From Phoronis australis (lineage: Eukaryota > Animalia > Phoronida): a stretch of DNA of 64,000 nt. This document shows positions 63,801-64,000 of this stretch, in pieces. The stretch lies in assembly GCA_002633005.1 (NCBI GenBank), contig NMRA01000224.1, forward strand, positions 592,981-656,980, in the 5' to 3' direction. Position numbers and translations under genes: made by a program. The notes beneath the pieces were generated by a model that saw nothing but the letters and a program-made list of their open reading frames with translations, made no database searches and was not told the DNA's origin. How positions within the stretch are numbered: position 1 is the stretch's first letter; each line of letters opens with the position of its first letter.

Positions 63801-64000
63801 CTTTTGAAGTACACTAGTTAATGAAGATTTTTTTTCTCTTATACATGGCTATGAAGAAAATTTTATTTTTATTTTTGATTCAGGACTTTTGGTTTCTTCG
63901 TCATGAGGAACTGGCAAGAGTCTGCCGTAATGATGTGCTGGCTTTCAACAAAGGTACCAACTACAACAAAAGGCGCCTACCCCAACATATTTTCGCAATG

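Overview
AT-rich, intron-containing animal DNA, most likely from a marine invertebrate; the species cannot be assigned from sequence. There is one assembly gap (N, 11901-12738). One host gene can be fully reconstructed by eye on the + strand: an 11-coding-exon class B1 (secretin-family) GPCR most similar to parathyroid-hormone receptors (CDS 23882-56054, 1875 nt spliced, 624 aa). It has a signal peptide, a 6-Cys hormone-binding domain, 7 TM helices and a ~200-aa Ser/Asn/Gly-rich tail. All ten introns are phase-compatible, and one requires a GC-AG donor. The rest is a dense, often nested mix of non-autonomous DNA transposons (TTAA/Kolobok-like, hAT-like, Harbinger-like, 9-bp-TSD foldback, Crypton-like), L1/Tx1 relics, tRNA-derived heads and minisatellites. 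Notable points: (1) a TTAA-flanked element carrying a decayed Cys-rich gene resembling the P2X7 'ballast'/KolX domain; (2) two diverged copies of a ~3 kb composite element that expose each other's insertions; (3) a possible Ulp1-protease relic; (4) a strong excess of the palindromes TACATGTA and TAGGCCTA. Nearly all ORF-track entries are spurious. I found no intact novel multi-gene system.
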